From a virus (lineage: Duplodnaviria > Caudoviricetes): 38,575 nt of DNA. The stretch is from positions 1-38,575 of IMG/VR virus record IMGVR_UViG_3300024309_000089; one strand, 5' to 3'. This document shows, piece by piece, positions 1 to 7,585 of the stretch. Both the position numbers and the translations under genes were made by a program. The notes below the pieces were generated by a model. The model saw only the letters and a program-made list of their open reading frames with translations. It was not told the origin of the DNA and ran no database searches. Position 1 is the first letter of the stretch, and every line of letters starts with the position of its first letter.

Positions 1-123
1 CGCCAGCTCGCGCAGGAACGCTTGCCCGCGCTTACCGCGCAAGGCGCTCGCTACCCGTCCGCGCCACCGGCCCAGCGCCAGGGGATCGTAGCCATCGTCG
101 TCGACATATCCGCTGCGGCTCAT
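1..123 (-). CDS. Conserved phage hypothetical protein, 5' part only (MSRSGYVDDDGYDPLALGRWRGRVASALRGKRGQAFLRELA...), runs off the window edge
   Basis: Translated by hand; ATG at 123-121 overlaps the TGA of the upstream gene; the RWRG..ASA.RGKRGQAFLREL motif is recognisable from phage early proteins. Confidence 0.7.
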   Translation of the reverse strand, partial: MSRSGYVDDDGYDPLALGRWRGRVASALRGKRGQAFLRELA

Positions 124-413
124 CACGCCTCTCCCTGCTGCGGGACCTGGGCGGTCAGACTGCGCGCGTATTCGAGTAGCTCTGGAATGGTCCGCGCCCC
201 GTCATCGCCGAGCGCGAATCGGATATCAACAAGCACGCTCACCGGGTCTTTAATGTCTTTTGCTGTCATACGCTGCGTATACTCAAGCAATTCCTCATAG
301 TCCTTCCAAAGCACATATCGGACGGCCAACGGGTCACCGGCTGCGGTGCGCTGCATGTGATGCTGCCCTGGCTTGTGGGTTAGCCACACCTGGCTGGGGG
401 GAGTGTCAGGCAT
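123..413 (-). CDS. Phage early hypothetical protein
   Basis: ORF track, restarted at ATG 413 behind an AGGAGGA SD. Confidence 0.6.
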   Translation of the reverse strand: MPDTPPSQVWLTHKPGQHHMQRTAAGDPLAVRYVLWKDYEELLEYTQRMTAKDIKDPVSVLVDIRFALGDDGARTIPELLEYARSLTAQVPQQGEA

Positions 414-443
414 CGTCATCCTCCTGCTGCGGGACCTGGGCGG
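134..443. repeat. 21-bp direct repeat CCTGCTGCGGGACCTGGGCGG at 134-154 and 423-443
   Basis: Exact copies at the 3' ends of two adjacent genes, both encoding AQVPQQ. Confidence 0.9.
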
Positions 444-1101
444 CGAGGGCAGCAACCCCATAGCCCTTCGCCTGAAGCTCTTTCAAAAGGCCCAGTCCAC
501 GGTCGATGTAATCTCCGGCCGACGCCTGACTGGCTTTCGTGCAAGCCTCGCCAATCCGCCATGCGATTACGTTGTCGCAAGGTTGCGACGTGTACGTGAA
601 AAGTTGCTGGTCCCAGCCCTGGCGGGTCACCAGAGATACTGTGCCCAGCGCATCGCCAGCAGCGGGAGCGGCGGGAGCATCAGCAGAAGCGCGAGCGGCC
701 TGCCAGCCAAGCCAGCGGTTGTAGTGATTGGCCTCATCGGGCTCGTAGCTGCCGAATTCACTTTTGTGCCACGCCTCGAACGCCTGGCGCTCGTCCTGCG
801 AATCCCCAGGCGCTGAAGGGGCGGGCGTGCAGTCCGGGCACGGCTGGGCGTCGTATCCGGAATGCGGCGTCAAGCCACCAGCCATCCCGTGGCCGTTGCA
901 GGTCAGGCAAGGCTCAGCAGGCAGCGGCATCCAGTGCTTGGGCGTGTAGATGCTGTGCCACTCGTTGCACGTCTCGGTGACCCAGCCGTCGCGGCTGTGG
1001 TTCATCGCAACGCAGATGCCCATGCGCTTGGTCGGGCCTACCAGGATCAATTCGTCCCTCGGAGCGCTCGAGATAGACTTCCATTCGTTCTTTTCAGACA
1101 T
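406..1101 (-). CDS. Modular early protein: DUF551-like N-terminus, CxxC...CPDC motif, Ala/Pro linkers
   Basis: WKSISSAPRD...PKHWMPLP motifs; ATG at 1101. Confidence 0.65.
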   Translation of the reverse strand: MSEKNEWKSISSAPRDELILVGPTKRMGICVAMNHSRDGWVTETCNEWHSIYTPKHWMPLPAEPCLTCNGHGMAGGLTPHSGYDAQPCPDCTPAPSAPGDSQDERQAFEAWHKSEFGSYEPDEANHYNRWLGWQAARASADAPAAPAAGDALGTVSLVTRQGWDQQLFTYTSQPCDNVIAWRIGEACTKASQASAGDYIDRGLGLLKELQAKGYGVAALAAQVPQQEDDDA

Positions 1102-1103
1102 TC

Positions 1104-1244
1104 TCAGCTCCAGATTGATGCGCGGAAGATCCAGATGACAGCAAGGGCGATTTCGACGGCAGACACCAGCGCAACCCACGCTATCGGGTTCACGCCGCCC
1201 TCAGACTCGTCGTCCATCGGCACGTATTCCATGTTCTCTTCCAT
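1104..1244 (-). CDS. 46-aa membrane peptide
   Basis: Translated by hand (MEENMEYVPMDDESEGGVNPIAWVALVSAVEIALAVIWIFRASIWS); coupled to both neighbours. Confidence 0.55.
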   Translation of the reverse strand: MEENMEYVPMDDESEGGVNPIAWVALVSAVEIALAVIWIFRASIWS

Positions 1245-1408
1245 CACATCCCCCTCAGGAGCTTCCGCTCCTTGGCTTGGGTAATCAGGTCGTCAGGGTC
1301 CACATATCGCGCCAGAATCTCGGCATAGCGCTCCATGTACTGCTTGTCGGTAGTCAGGCCGTCAAGACGGTCTGCGTCTGCCTGCTCGAGTTGCTGGGCG
1401 ATGTCCAT
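1244..1408 (-). CDS. 54-aa hypothetical protein (MDIAQQLEQ...)
   Basis: ATG at 1408 with AGGAG SD. Confidence 0.55.
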   Translation of the reverse strand: MDIAQQLEQADADRLDGLTTDKQYMERYAEILARYVDPDDLITQAKERKLLRGM

Positions 1409-1419
1409 GTGAACTCCTG

Positions 1420-1569
1420 TTAGGCAGGGACGTACTTGCGGATGCGCGATGCTCCTGGCCCGAAGTGGGCTGACTGATAGAACCGAGCGCTGCCACGGGT
1501 GTGAAACGCGGTCACAAAGCGCCATTCGCCTCGGTAGAGCGATTCGACCGCCCAAATATGCGTAGACAT
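1420..1569 (-). CDS. 49-aa hypothetical protein (MSTHIWAVESLYRGEWRF...RIRKYVPA)
   Basis: Translated by hand; GGAG SD; fills the gap in the operon. Confidence 0.6.
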   Translation of the reverse strand: MSTHIWAVESLYRGEWRFVTAFHTRGSARFYQSAHFGPGASRIRKYVPA

Positions 1570-1649
1570 GGATATCTCCAAGGAATAGGGTGGCAGACCT
1601 CAGCGGTTGCTGCGGCTCCAGGTGGGTTGTGCCGGGGGCTGCCGGAAGA

Positions 1650-2081
1650 TCAAAACGGCGGAGGATCCGCGTCGTCGTAGCCGCCAGACTGGGCCGGGGC
1701 TTGGCGTTGCGGCTGCTGCGGTGCGGGGCGTTGCGACGGGGCGCGGTCTACTTCGTCACCCTTGCCGCCCAGCATTTGCATTTGGTCAGCAACGATCTCG
1801 GTGCTGTAGCGGTCCTGTCCGGTGTCCTTATCAGCCCACTTTCGCGTCGTCATCCGGCCAGAAACGTAGACCTGTTTGCCCTTAGCCAAGTAGTCGCTGC
1901 AAATCTCCGCTAGCTTGCCAAATGCAACGATGCGCACCCATTCGACGCCTTCCTTCTCCTTCGTCTTCCAGCCGACTGCCAGGGAGAAGTTGCAGACAGC
2001 GGTCCCGTCCGGTGAGTGCCTCGTTTCGGGGTCCTTGCCCAGTCGCCCGATGAATTCACATCGGTTCAAATCGTTCGCCAT
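1650..2081 (-). CDS. ssb: Single-stranded DNA-binding protein
   Basis: OB-fold motifs (IGRLGKDPE, YLAKGKQVYVSGR); acidic C-terminal tail ending DDADPPPF. Confidence 0.96.
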   Translation of the reverse strand: MANDLNRCEFIGRLGKDPETRHSPDGTAVCNFSLAVGWKTKEKEGVEWVRIVAFGKLAEICSDYLAKGKQVYVSGRMTTRKWADKDTGQDRYSTEIVADQMQMLGGKGDEVDRAPSQRPAPQQPQRQAPAQSGGYDDADPPPF

Positions 2082-2083
2082 AC

Positions 2084-2596
2084 TTAGTCCTTATGAATAA
2101 TCTGGGCTTTCCCACTTTTCGCCCAATATGAAATACCGCCATGCGAGAGTCCAAGCACGCGCTCGGCTTCCCGAATGGAGCCGAACTCCTGGCTGCCAAC
2201 TAGCACACGCTTAGATTGAGGGTTGCTTGACCCTCGCCTGGGGTTAGGTTTCCCTTGGCGCCGCCTCCCCTTCCTAATCATGTCCCTCATGTTTTCCAGG
2301 TGCGATGCGGCGAACAGGTGGTCGGGGTTTACACAGTTCCTGGTGTCGCAGGAATGGCAAATGTCCTTCCCCTCAGGCAGGAACCCATGGTTTGCATAGA
2401 AGGCAGCCCTGTGCGCAGGAACGATCTTCCCTAGAAGGCGCGTTTGCCCGTATCCGTTAGACCACTTGTATCCGGTCCATAACCAGCACCCATCGGCCTC
2501 CTTCGCCGTATGGCGATCTAGCAAACGTCGGAGACGTTCCCGGTAATCCGCCGGGTCAAGTTGCAAAAGCCATGCCCCACGGTTAGCCGTTTCCAT
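2084..2596 (-). CDS. HNH homing endonuclease
   Basis: CWLWTG, AHR, ICHSCDTRNCVNPDHL...N motifs; C-terminal FGSIREAER DNA-binding motif. Confidence 0.9.
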   Translation of the reverse strand: METANRGAWLLQLDPADYRERLRRLLDRHTAKEADGCWLWTGYKWSNGYGQTRLLGKIVPAHRAAFYANHGFLPEGKDICHSCDTRNCVNPDHLFAASHLENMRDMIRKGRRRQGKPNPRRGSSNPQSKRVLVGSQEFGSIREAERVLGLSHGGISYWAKSGKAQIIHKD

Positions 2597-2599
2597 GTT

Positions 2600-3238
2600 C
2601 TATCCTCGGTGCTCTTCGCCAATGCGCTGCATGGCTTCTATGACGTATTGCTGGGCCGCTAAAGCGCGGGCTTCCATCTTTTCTTCCAGTTCGCGGTCAC
2701 GGGTGTACTGGACGCGAGTAATGCGTAGAACCTCGTCAATGTGATCGACGTAGTGCAGGTCCGGATCCTCGTAGCCCACAAGCTCGTCCGGCGTGTTGAC
2801 CAGGCAGTACGCAACCTCAGCCTCGTCCACGTCCCACAGCTTCATGTAGCCCCGCATCTGCCACTCGTATTCCTTGCAGGCCCCCATGGTGGCGGTAGCA
2901 GGGAAGGTGTGCAGCGACCATGCAGACTTGATGTCGATGATCTTGGAGCCGGTGAAGATGTCGCACTCGCCAGTCAGATAGTCTGTTTCGCGCCGCTCGG
3001 TGTTCTTCGTGTGATTCGTGAAGAAGACCGAGTTGTAGAGGGCAATGGCCTGATCCTCGACGATCTTTCCCTTCTCCATGTACTTGGCGGTGGGGCTGTA
3101 CGTGTAGCCGTAGACCAGTTCCTTAGCCACCCCTTCCAAGTACGTTTTGGCCCCTTCCGACAGCACCGCAGACTTGGCCTTGGGATCGGTCATGATCACG
3201 GACAGGGAGGAGCAGCGGACCTTAAACAGTGGCTTCAC
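2600..3238 (-). CDS. YqaJ/lambda-exonuclease-like recombination nuclease
   Basis: RCSSL, MEKG..ED.AI, GECD...IIDIKS, YEWQMRGYM motifs; GTG start with GAGGAGG SD. Confidence 0.8.
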   Translation of the reverse strand: MKPLFKVRCSSLSVIMTDPKAKSAVLSEGAKTYLEGVAKELVYGYTYSPTAKYMEKGKIVEDQAIALYNSVFFTNHTKNTERRETDYLTGECDIFTGSKIIDIKSAWSLHTFPATATMGACKEYEWQMRGYMKLWDVDEAEVAYCLVNTPDELVGYEDPDLHYVDHIDEVLRITRVQYTRDRELEEKMEARALAAQQYVIEAMQRIGEEHRG

Positions 3239-3707
3239 TGATCGCCTCCTCAAGTTCGCGCTCCTGTTCGTCCGTCAGGGCGAAGTTGGCGCGCAGCTTG
3301 TCGGTGGAGTACTCGCCAGCCTTGATCGACGTGAGCGCCTTGGCGAACCGTTCCGGCGTGATGGCCGGGCGTTGTTTGGCGGTAACCTTGGGACGGACCC
3401 GGAGGCATTCGACCGTCTCCCCGGCAAGCTTCGTGGTGCTGGCGTACAGCGTGATCGGCTTGCCCGCCCAGTCCTCGATGTACGGCCCGTAGAGTTTGGC
3501 GATCATCTTGGAGTTGGTCACGTTCAGGATCATCGGCTTCTGCCCGACAAGGTGTGCGACGGTGCAATCTTCCTTCTTGCCGCCGGTCCCAGTGACCGTC
3601 TCCTGCTGGACCCAGTCAATGGTCACCGTCAGATCCTGACCTTCTTCCAGCGCGTAGGCTCCGATGTAGTCAGGGTTGATCAGGAGCCTCCAGTGTGTCT
3701 TGGACAT
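3222..3707 (-). CDS. Conserved phage protein of the recombination module (possible ssDNA-binding/annealing partner)
   Basis: MSKTHW...NPDYIGAY, KPMILNVTN, WAGKPITLY motifs; directly upstream of exonuclease and ssb. Confidence 0.55.
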   Translation of the reverse strand: MSKTHWRLLINPDYIGAYALEEGQDLTVTIDWVQQETVTGTGGKKEDCTVAHLVGQKPMILNVTNSKMIAKLYGPYIEDWAGKPITLYASTTKLAGETVECLRVRPKVTAKQRPAITPERFAKALTSIKAGEYSTDKLRANFALTDEQERELEEAISEATV

Positions 3708-3709
3708 TG

Positions 3710-3901
3710 CTAATCCTTCGCGACGACCACGGTCTTGCCGCAGCCTTCGCAGGCGGTGAGGGTGGATTGGGCTTGCTCGTCGCGCTGCTGGCGGTCGCCG
3801 AGGGCCAGGACGATGCCGCCGATGAAGACGGCGCAGCAGGCCGCCCCGACCCATTCGTAGCGGTCGAGACGCAGCAGGGTGCGCAGGAGGCTGCGGATCA
3901 T
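3710..3901 (-). CDS. Small membrane protein
   Basis: One hydrophobic segment and a C-terminal CxxC. Confidence 0.5.
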   Translation of the reverse strand: MIRSLLRTLLRLDRYEWVGAACCAVFIGGIVLALGDRQQRDEQAQSTLTACEGCGKTVVVAKD

Positions 3902-4122
3902 TGGGCACCTCGGGCGGCCTGCAAGGCGCTGACTACCTTGCTGTGCATCTCATCAACCGTGTCGTGCAGATAGCTGGCCTGCAGTTCTATCTCCGTCTTG
4001 CTGCCCGACTTGAAATCGACGCGGCGCCCGTCTTGGTGCGCTGCGCGCAATCCGCCTGAAATCTCGGCGAGGTAATGCCCGTCATGGAACAGGGCCAGGA
4101 TGTTGCCGTTGGGTGCGCTCAT
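3898..4122 (-). CDS. Hypothetical protein
   Basis: ATGA overlaps on both sides. Confidence 0.55.
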   Translation of the reverse strand: MSAPNGNILALFHDGHYLAEISGGLRAAHQDGRRVDFKSGSKTEIELQASYLHDTVDEMHSKVVSALQAARGAQ

Positions 4123-4454
4123 TGCTGCTCTCCCTTGGCCTTGGCGATGGCGGCGCGCGCAGTGTTCAGCGCGTTGTTTTCCTTGCAGAAGCAGACGCCG
4201 GCCTCGTGTTCGCAGGTCGGGCCGCCGCCTTGCTCGATAGCCCATTCCAGGGCGCCCTGGCAGGCTTCCAGCGCCTCCAGCATCTCGGGCGCGGCGCTGC
4301 GGATGCGCTCGTAGCGAGCGATTGCCTCGTTGGCGAAGGCGTTGCTGACGTCGCTCTGCGCGTCGCCGAACTCGAACCAGCCGTGCTTTTCGTTCAGCTC
4401 GTGCACTTGATCGGGGCTGATGAAGACCGGCCCGGGCGTGTGTTTCGTCGTCAT
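4119..4454 (-). CDS. Phage early hypothetical protein (KHTPGP...AAPEMLEALE...ARAAIAKAKG type)
   Basis: Recurrent phage motifs; GAGG SD. Confidence 0.7.
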   Translation of the reverse strand: MTTKHTPGPVFISPDQVHELNEKHGWFEFGDAQSDVSNAFANEAIARYERIRSAAPEMLEALEACQGALEWAIEQGGGPTCEHEAGVCFCKENNALNTARAAIAKAKGEQQ

Positions 4455-4789
4455 GCTGACTTCCTCAGGTAGGCCCATCCGGGCCAGAAGCCGCGGACAT
4501 GCTCTATGGTTTTGTGGTGGGCGACGTGGGCGATTGCCAGGGTCATCTGGTCCCGGCACTCGGGACCGATAATCCCTGAGGCGGCGAGTTCCAGGATCTT
4601 TTCCCGCCGATCCGCGTTGCCAGCAATGAACGCCAGCATCTCGGCATACGGATCCGGGAATTCTTGTTCGAATGCCTCTATGACCGCCTGCCGGTGGGTG
4701 AATAGGTCGCCCTCAATTTCCTTGACCACTTCCCCATACTTCTCGCCGTAGATTTCCTGGGGCGGGTCGAAGGTGAAGCGAGATCCCAT
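4451..4789 (-). CDS. Hypothetical protein
   Basis: ORF track, restarted at ATG 4789; ATGA coupling. Confidence 0.55.
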   Translation of the reverse strand: MGSRFTFDPPQEIYGEKYGEVVKEIEGDLFTHRQAVIEAFEQEFPDPYAEMLAFIAGNADRREKILELAASGIIGPECRDQMTLAIAHVAHHKTIEHVRGFWPGWAYLRKSA

Positions 4790-4790
4790 G

Positions 4791-4880
4791 TCACCACCCC
4801 ACAACGATCCCGAGCGGGACAAAAAGGATTGCGTAGAACCACCAGAAGCTACGGACGTTATTGATCAGCACCTTCAGCAT
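4791..4880 (-). CDS. 29-aa hydrophobic peptide (MLKVLINNVRSFWWFYAILFVPLGIVVGW)
   Basis: Translated by hand; strong AAGGAG SD. Confidence 0.5.
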   Translation of the reverse strand: MLKVLINNVRSFWWFYAILFVPLGIVVGW

Positions 4881-5133
4881 GGTTGTTCTCCTTGGGAGGG
4901 GCGAGTTGCCAGCAAACCGGCTTCTCGTCATCAAGGCGGCGGACGAGGCCTAGGTGTTCAAGATGAAGTAGCCAGGACCGCACGGCGGCGCTGTGCATGT
5001 GGTTGGTGTTGCCGAACATCGGTTGGACCTTCTTGGCCACATCGCGGGTTAGGAGACCGCCGTCACTGGGTAGGGCTGCCAGGACCTTTTTCTCGTACTC
5101 GTCGAGCGGGCGACGGGCGTTCAGTTCACTCAT
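4858..5133 (-). CDS. Small winged-helix-like protein
   Basis: AAGGAG SD; LTRDVA...VRSWLLHLEHLGLV pattern. Confidence 0.55.
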   Translation of the reverse strand: MSELNARRPLDEYEKKVLAALPSDGGLLTRDVAKKVQPMFGNTNHMHSAAVRSWLLHLEHLGLVRRLDDEKPVCWQLAPPKENNHAEGADQ

Positions 5134-5231
5134 GGCTGTTCTCCTTGGGCGGAGCGGGGAGGGGTATCCAGTGCGTTGAGCCATGGACGTTCCTAATCCA
5201 CCAGTCTGCGGCTGGGAAAGGGTTGAATTGG

Positions 5232-5705
5232 TTAAGGGATAAATCTGCGGACGGGACGAACCCGGAACTCGTTGTTGCGGCGCCAAAGGCCGACATTGCC
5301 GTCCTCGAAATTCACCGCCCAGGCGTAGAAGGAGCCGTAGGGCGTTGAGGTCCAGTAGTAGGACTTTTGGAACAGCCCGGCGACCGCAGCAAGGCAGGCC
5401 ATGCCCTCATTCTTGGTAGGGAGGCGCCAATCTTCAAAACCACCTCCTTCATATTCTTTGGCGTGCTGGCTGGCTACTTCCCATTCCTGCGTGCCAAGGT
5501 CCTCGCGAGCAACGATCAGATGGTGCACATGGCCATCTTCGATGTAGGGGCCGGCATAAATGCCGCCCTGAAGTTCGGCGCCGATGCTGGCGAGAAGCAG
5601 GAAAGGCGCTGCTGTGGGGACCGACGCCGAGGTTGCGAAAAGGTCCTGGACCTGCCGGCGGATTGCTTCAGCGTCGTCGCCTTCGATATGAATCTGGATG
5701 CTCAT
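5232..5705 (-). CDS. DUF1566 (Lcl C-terminal, CLec-fold) protein 1
   Basis: GGIYAG, DWRLPT, YWTST, AWAVNF, RVRPVR motifs; GGAG SD at ATG 5705. Confidence 0.85.
   Translation of the reverse strand: MSIQIHIEGDDAEAIRRQVQDLFATSASVPTAAPFLLLASIGAELQGGIYAGPYIEDGHVHHLIVAREDLGTQEWEVASQHAKEYEGGGFEDWRLPTKNEGMACLAAVAGLFQKSYYWTSTPYGSFYAWAVNFEDGNVGLWRRNNEFRVRPVRRFIP
5245..5360 (-). repeat. VR-like repeat, copy 1 (116 nt; 103/116 identical to 5908-6023)
   Basis: Aligned by hand; 13 mismatches, all at codon positions 1-2. Confidence 0.9.
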
Positions 5706-5894
5706 GGCTTCTCCATACTTGTTTTGGTCGCTCAGGGCGGCGCACACCAATCGCCCATACCGGAGGGCTTTGGCTTTTCGCGTGTTGGAAAGTTGAAGGG
5801 ATGGCAAGGGGCCCGAGGCCTTGCCTTGATATGCGCCGGCCTGAGCAGCCGTGGGGAGGATGCCCCGGCACGCCGGGGCAAAGGGATTAATTGA

Positions 5895-6347
5895 TCAAGC
5901 GATGATGCTGCGGACGGGACGAACCCGGAACTCGTAGTAGCGGTCCCAACGGCCGACATTGCCGCCCTCGAAATCCACCGCCCAGGCGCGGCGGGAGCCG
6001 TAGGGCGTTGAGGTCCAGGTGTATTCGCCGTCGTCATTGAAGCCCTCCACCGCAACCACCTGCAGCAGCTCGCGGTGGGACGGCAGGTAGAAGTTGTTGT
6101 GGCCGTCCGCCGTATATTCGGTCGCGGCCAGAGCAGCCGGGTGGTTACCGCGCTCCAGCAGCTTGCGGGTGTTCTCGGCGCCATCCAGGTCGGAATAGCT
6201 CTCCAGCTCGTCGCCGTAGCCGCCGAATTCGAACTCACCATCCAGAGGTGCCGAAGCAGCGAACAGGTGGCGCCCTTGCGCGGTCACACCGATATAGATT
6301 CCGCCTTGGCCTTCGGCGTATTGGCCAACTACGAATGCATTGCTCAT
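5895..6347 (-). CDS. DUF1566 (Lcl C-terminal, CLec-fold) protein 2
   Basis: QGGIYIG, DGAENT, FYLPS..EL, WTST, AWAVDF, RVRPVR motifs. Confidence 0.85.
   Translation of the reverse strand: MSNAFVVGQYAEGQGGIYIGVTAQGRHLFAASAPLDGEFEFGGYGDELESYSDLDGAENTRKLLERGNHPAALAATEYTADGHNNFYLPSHRELLQVVAVEGFNDDGEYTWTSTPYGSRRAWAVDFEGGNVGRWDRYYEFRVRPVRSIIA
5908..6023 (-). repeat. VR-like repeat, copy 2
   Basis: Aligned by hand with 5245-5360. Confidence 0.9.
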
Positions 6348-6642
6348 GGTTTCTCCAGGTTCTTGGAAATGCCAGAACCCGGATGGGTTGGCATTCAGAT
6401 GGACCGCTTACGCCCGGTCAGTCGGCAAAGTCACGCTATGCAGATCGTCGCAACGCACAGGGTTGTCCGAACCGTCGGGCCCCACACTGTCCGGGTCACT
6501 GCATCCTGGGGAATAGGAGATGAGGAAAGCGCCTTTGCTGCCGGTGATGTGTCAGCGCGCTCTACCGGCTTACGCGTCCTGGCTATCCCAATAACGGGCC
6601 CGCCCAGGCTGCGGGGTTGGTAATCCATTCGTCAGCCATCGC

Positions 6643-6909
6643 TCATAGAACGGGCTGACTATCCTGCGTAGGCGCCTTGATCCAAGGCGTGTGCACAGAT
6701 AGCGCCATCTCCACGGCTTGCTGGTAGTTCTTGGCTTCGTGGATCAGGACGTACAAGTCCTTGGTTTGCTGGTGGCCGACGATCTTCTTGACAGCAGGGC
6801 TTTTGCTGGCCTTCTCGAACGCTTCGCCAGAATTCGACGCTTTGAACTCGCCGGCCAGCACGGGGCGAGTTAGGCCCGTCTTGGAGTGGACAAACGCGTA
6901 GTAGGTCAT
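6643..6909 (-). CDS. Hypothetical protein
   Basis: ORF track; ATGA coupling. Confidence 0.55.
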   Translation of the reverse strand: MTYYAFVHSKTGLTRPVLAGEFKASNSGEAFEKASKSPAVKKIVGHQQTKDLYVLIHEAKNYQQAVEMALSVHTPWIKAPTQDSQPVL

Positions 6910-7130
6910 AGCGCTTTCCCGAGAATGTCTTTTAGGTAGGGGTGAAGGATGGCGATTGCTTTGTCTGGCTCATTACAGGCAAGCAGCCTGTAGACCTCAC
7001 GAAGAGGGGAGTCAGACATGACTTGATCGCCGTCACCCACTGAAAAGCCCCGGGAGCGAACCTCGTCCACAAGGCTGTCGTCATCAAACTCGTCAAGCTC
7101 AACATCGACCGTGACAGTTACCTCGGCCAT
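6906..7130 (-). CDS. Acidic hypothetical protein, first gene of the PL operon
   Basis: ATG at 7130 with GGAGGT SD (MAEVTVTVDVELDEFDDDSL...). Confidence 0.6.
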   Translation of the reverse strand: MAEVTVTVDVELDEFDDDSLVDEVRSRGFSVGDGDQVMSDSPLREVYRLLACNEPDKAIAILHPYLKDILGKAL

Positions 7131-7392
7131 ATCGACCTCCAGATTCATGAAAATGCCAGGGCACGTATTGCCGGCATTCAGATAAATCCGGGGCGCCCAC
7201 CGCCGCGCAACTCCCAGCATTGCTGGCTCGCAGTCGGTCGGGCGCCTCTTCAATCCCGTGCACACCCTTTGCGATCCCCACGTGAGATCAGGCGTGTCGG
7301 TGATAGCCCCCGGTCTATGCATTCAGGCGTGGGGGATTGCCACCTGCGCTTATCAGCCTTGCGGCTTTAGGCGTATTCCATGGCTTGCTGGT

Positions 7393-7404
7393 TGTTAAAG
7401 AGCG
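7393..7404 (-). promoter_or_regulatory. boxA antitermination element CGCTCTTTAACA
   Basis: Matches the NusB/NusE boxA consensus; about 80 nt downstream of PL. Confidence 0.8.
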
Positions 7405-7486
7405 GGTACTGCTGGTACTGCTGCCGACCCTCTACTGAGCTGGCTTCCGCCTAGGCGTTTTCTGCAGATCGGGATGCGTTGGATGA

Positions 7487-7530
7487 ATATTAGGCGACGC
7501 CTAATCGTTTGTCAATAGGCGACGCCTAAT
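7487..7530 (-). promoter_or_regulatory. PL promoter (TTGACA-17-TAATAT) overlapped by two 17-bp operators (7489-7505, 7514-7530)
   Basis: Palindrome ATTAGGCGACGCCTAAT, identical to an operator before cro. Confidence 0.88.
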
Positions 7531-7541
7531 CATTTGGGCGT

Positions 7542-7565
7542 AAAAAATCCCGCACCGGGCGGGAC
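7542..7565 (-). terminator. Intrinsic terminator insulating PL
   Basis: TCCCGC stem followed by T6 on the minus strand. Confidence 0.75.
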
Positions 7566-7585
7566 TGTGGGTAAAAGCTAGAGGG

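Noticed and set aside
5245-6023. One DUF1566 repeat acting as template repeat for the other
   Set aside because: Several mismatches have non-A bases in both copies (TTC/CGC, CTT/CGT), and both copies are coding C-termini.
7448-7457. Additional operator CGCCTAGGCG
   Set aside because: The half-sites are in the wrong order and spacing relative to the 17-bp consensus.
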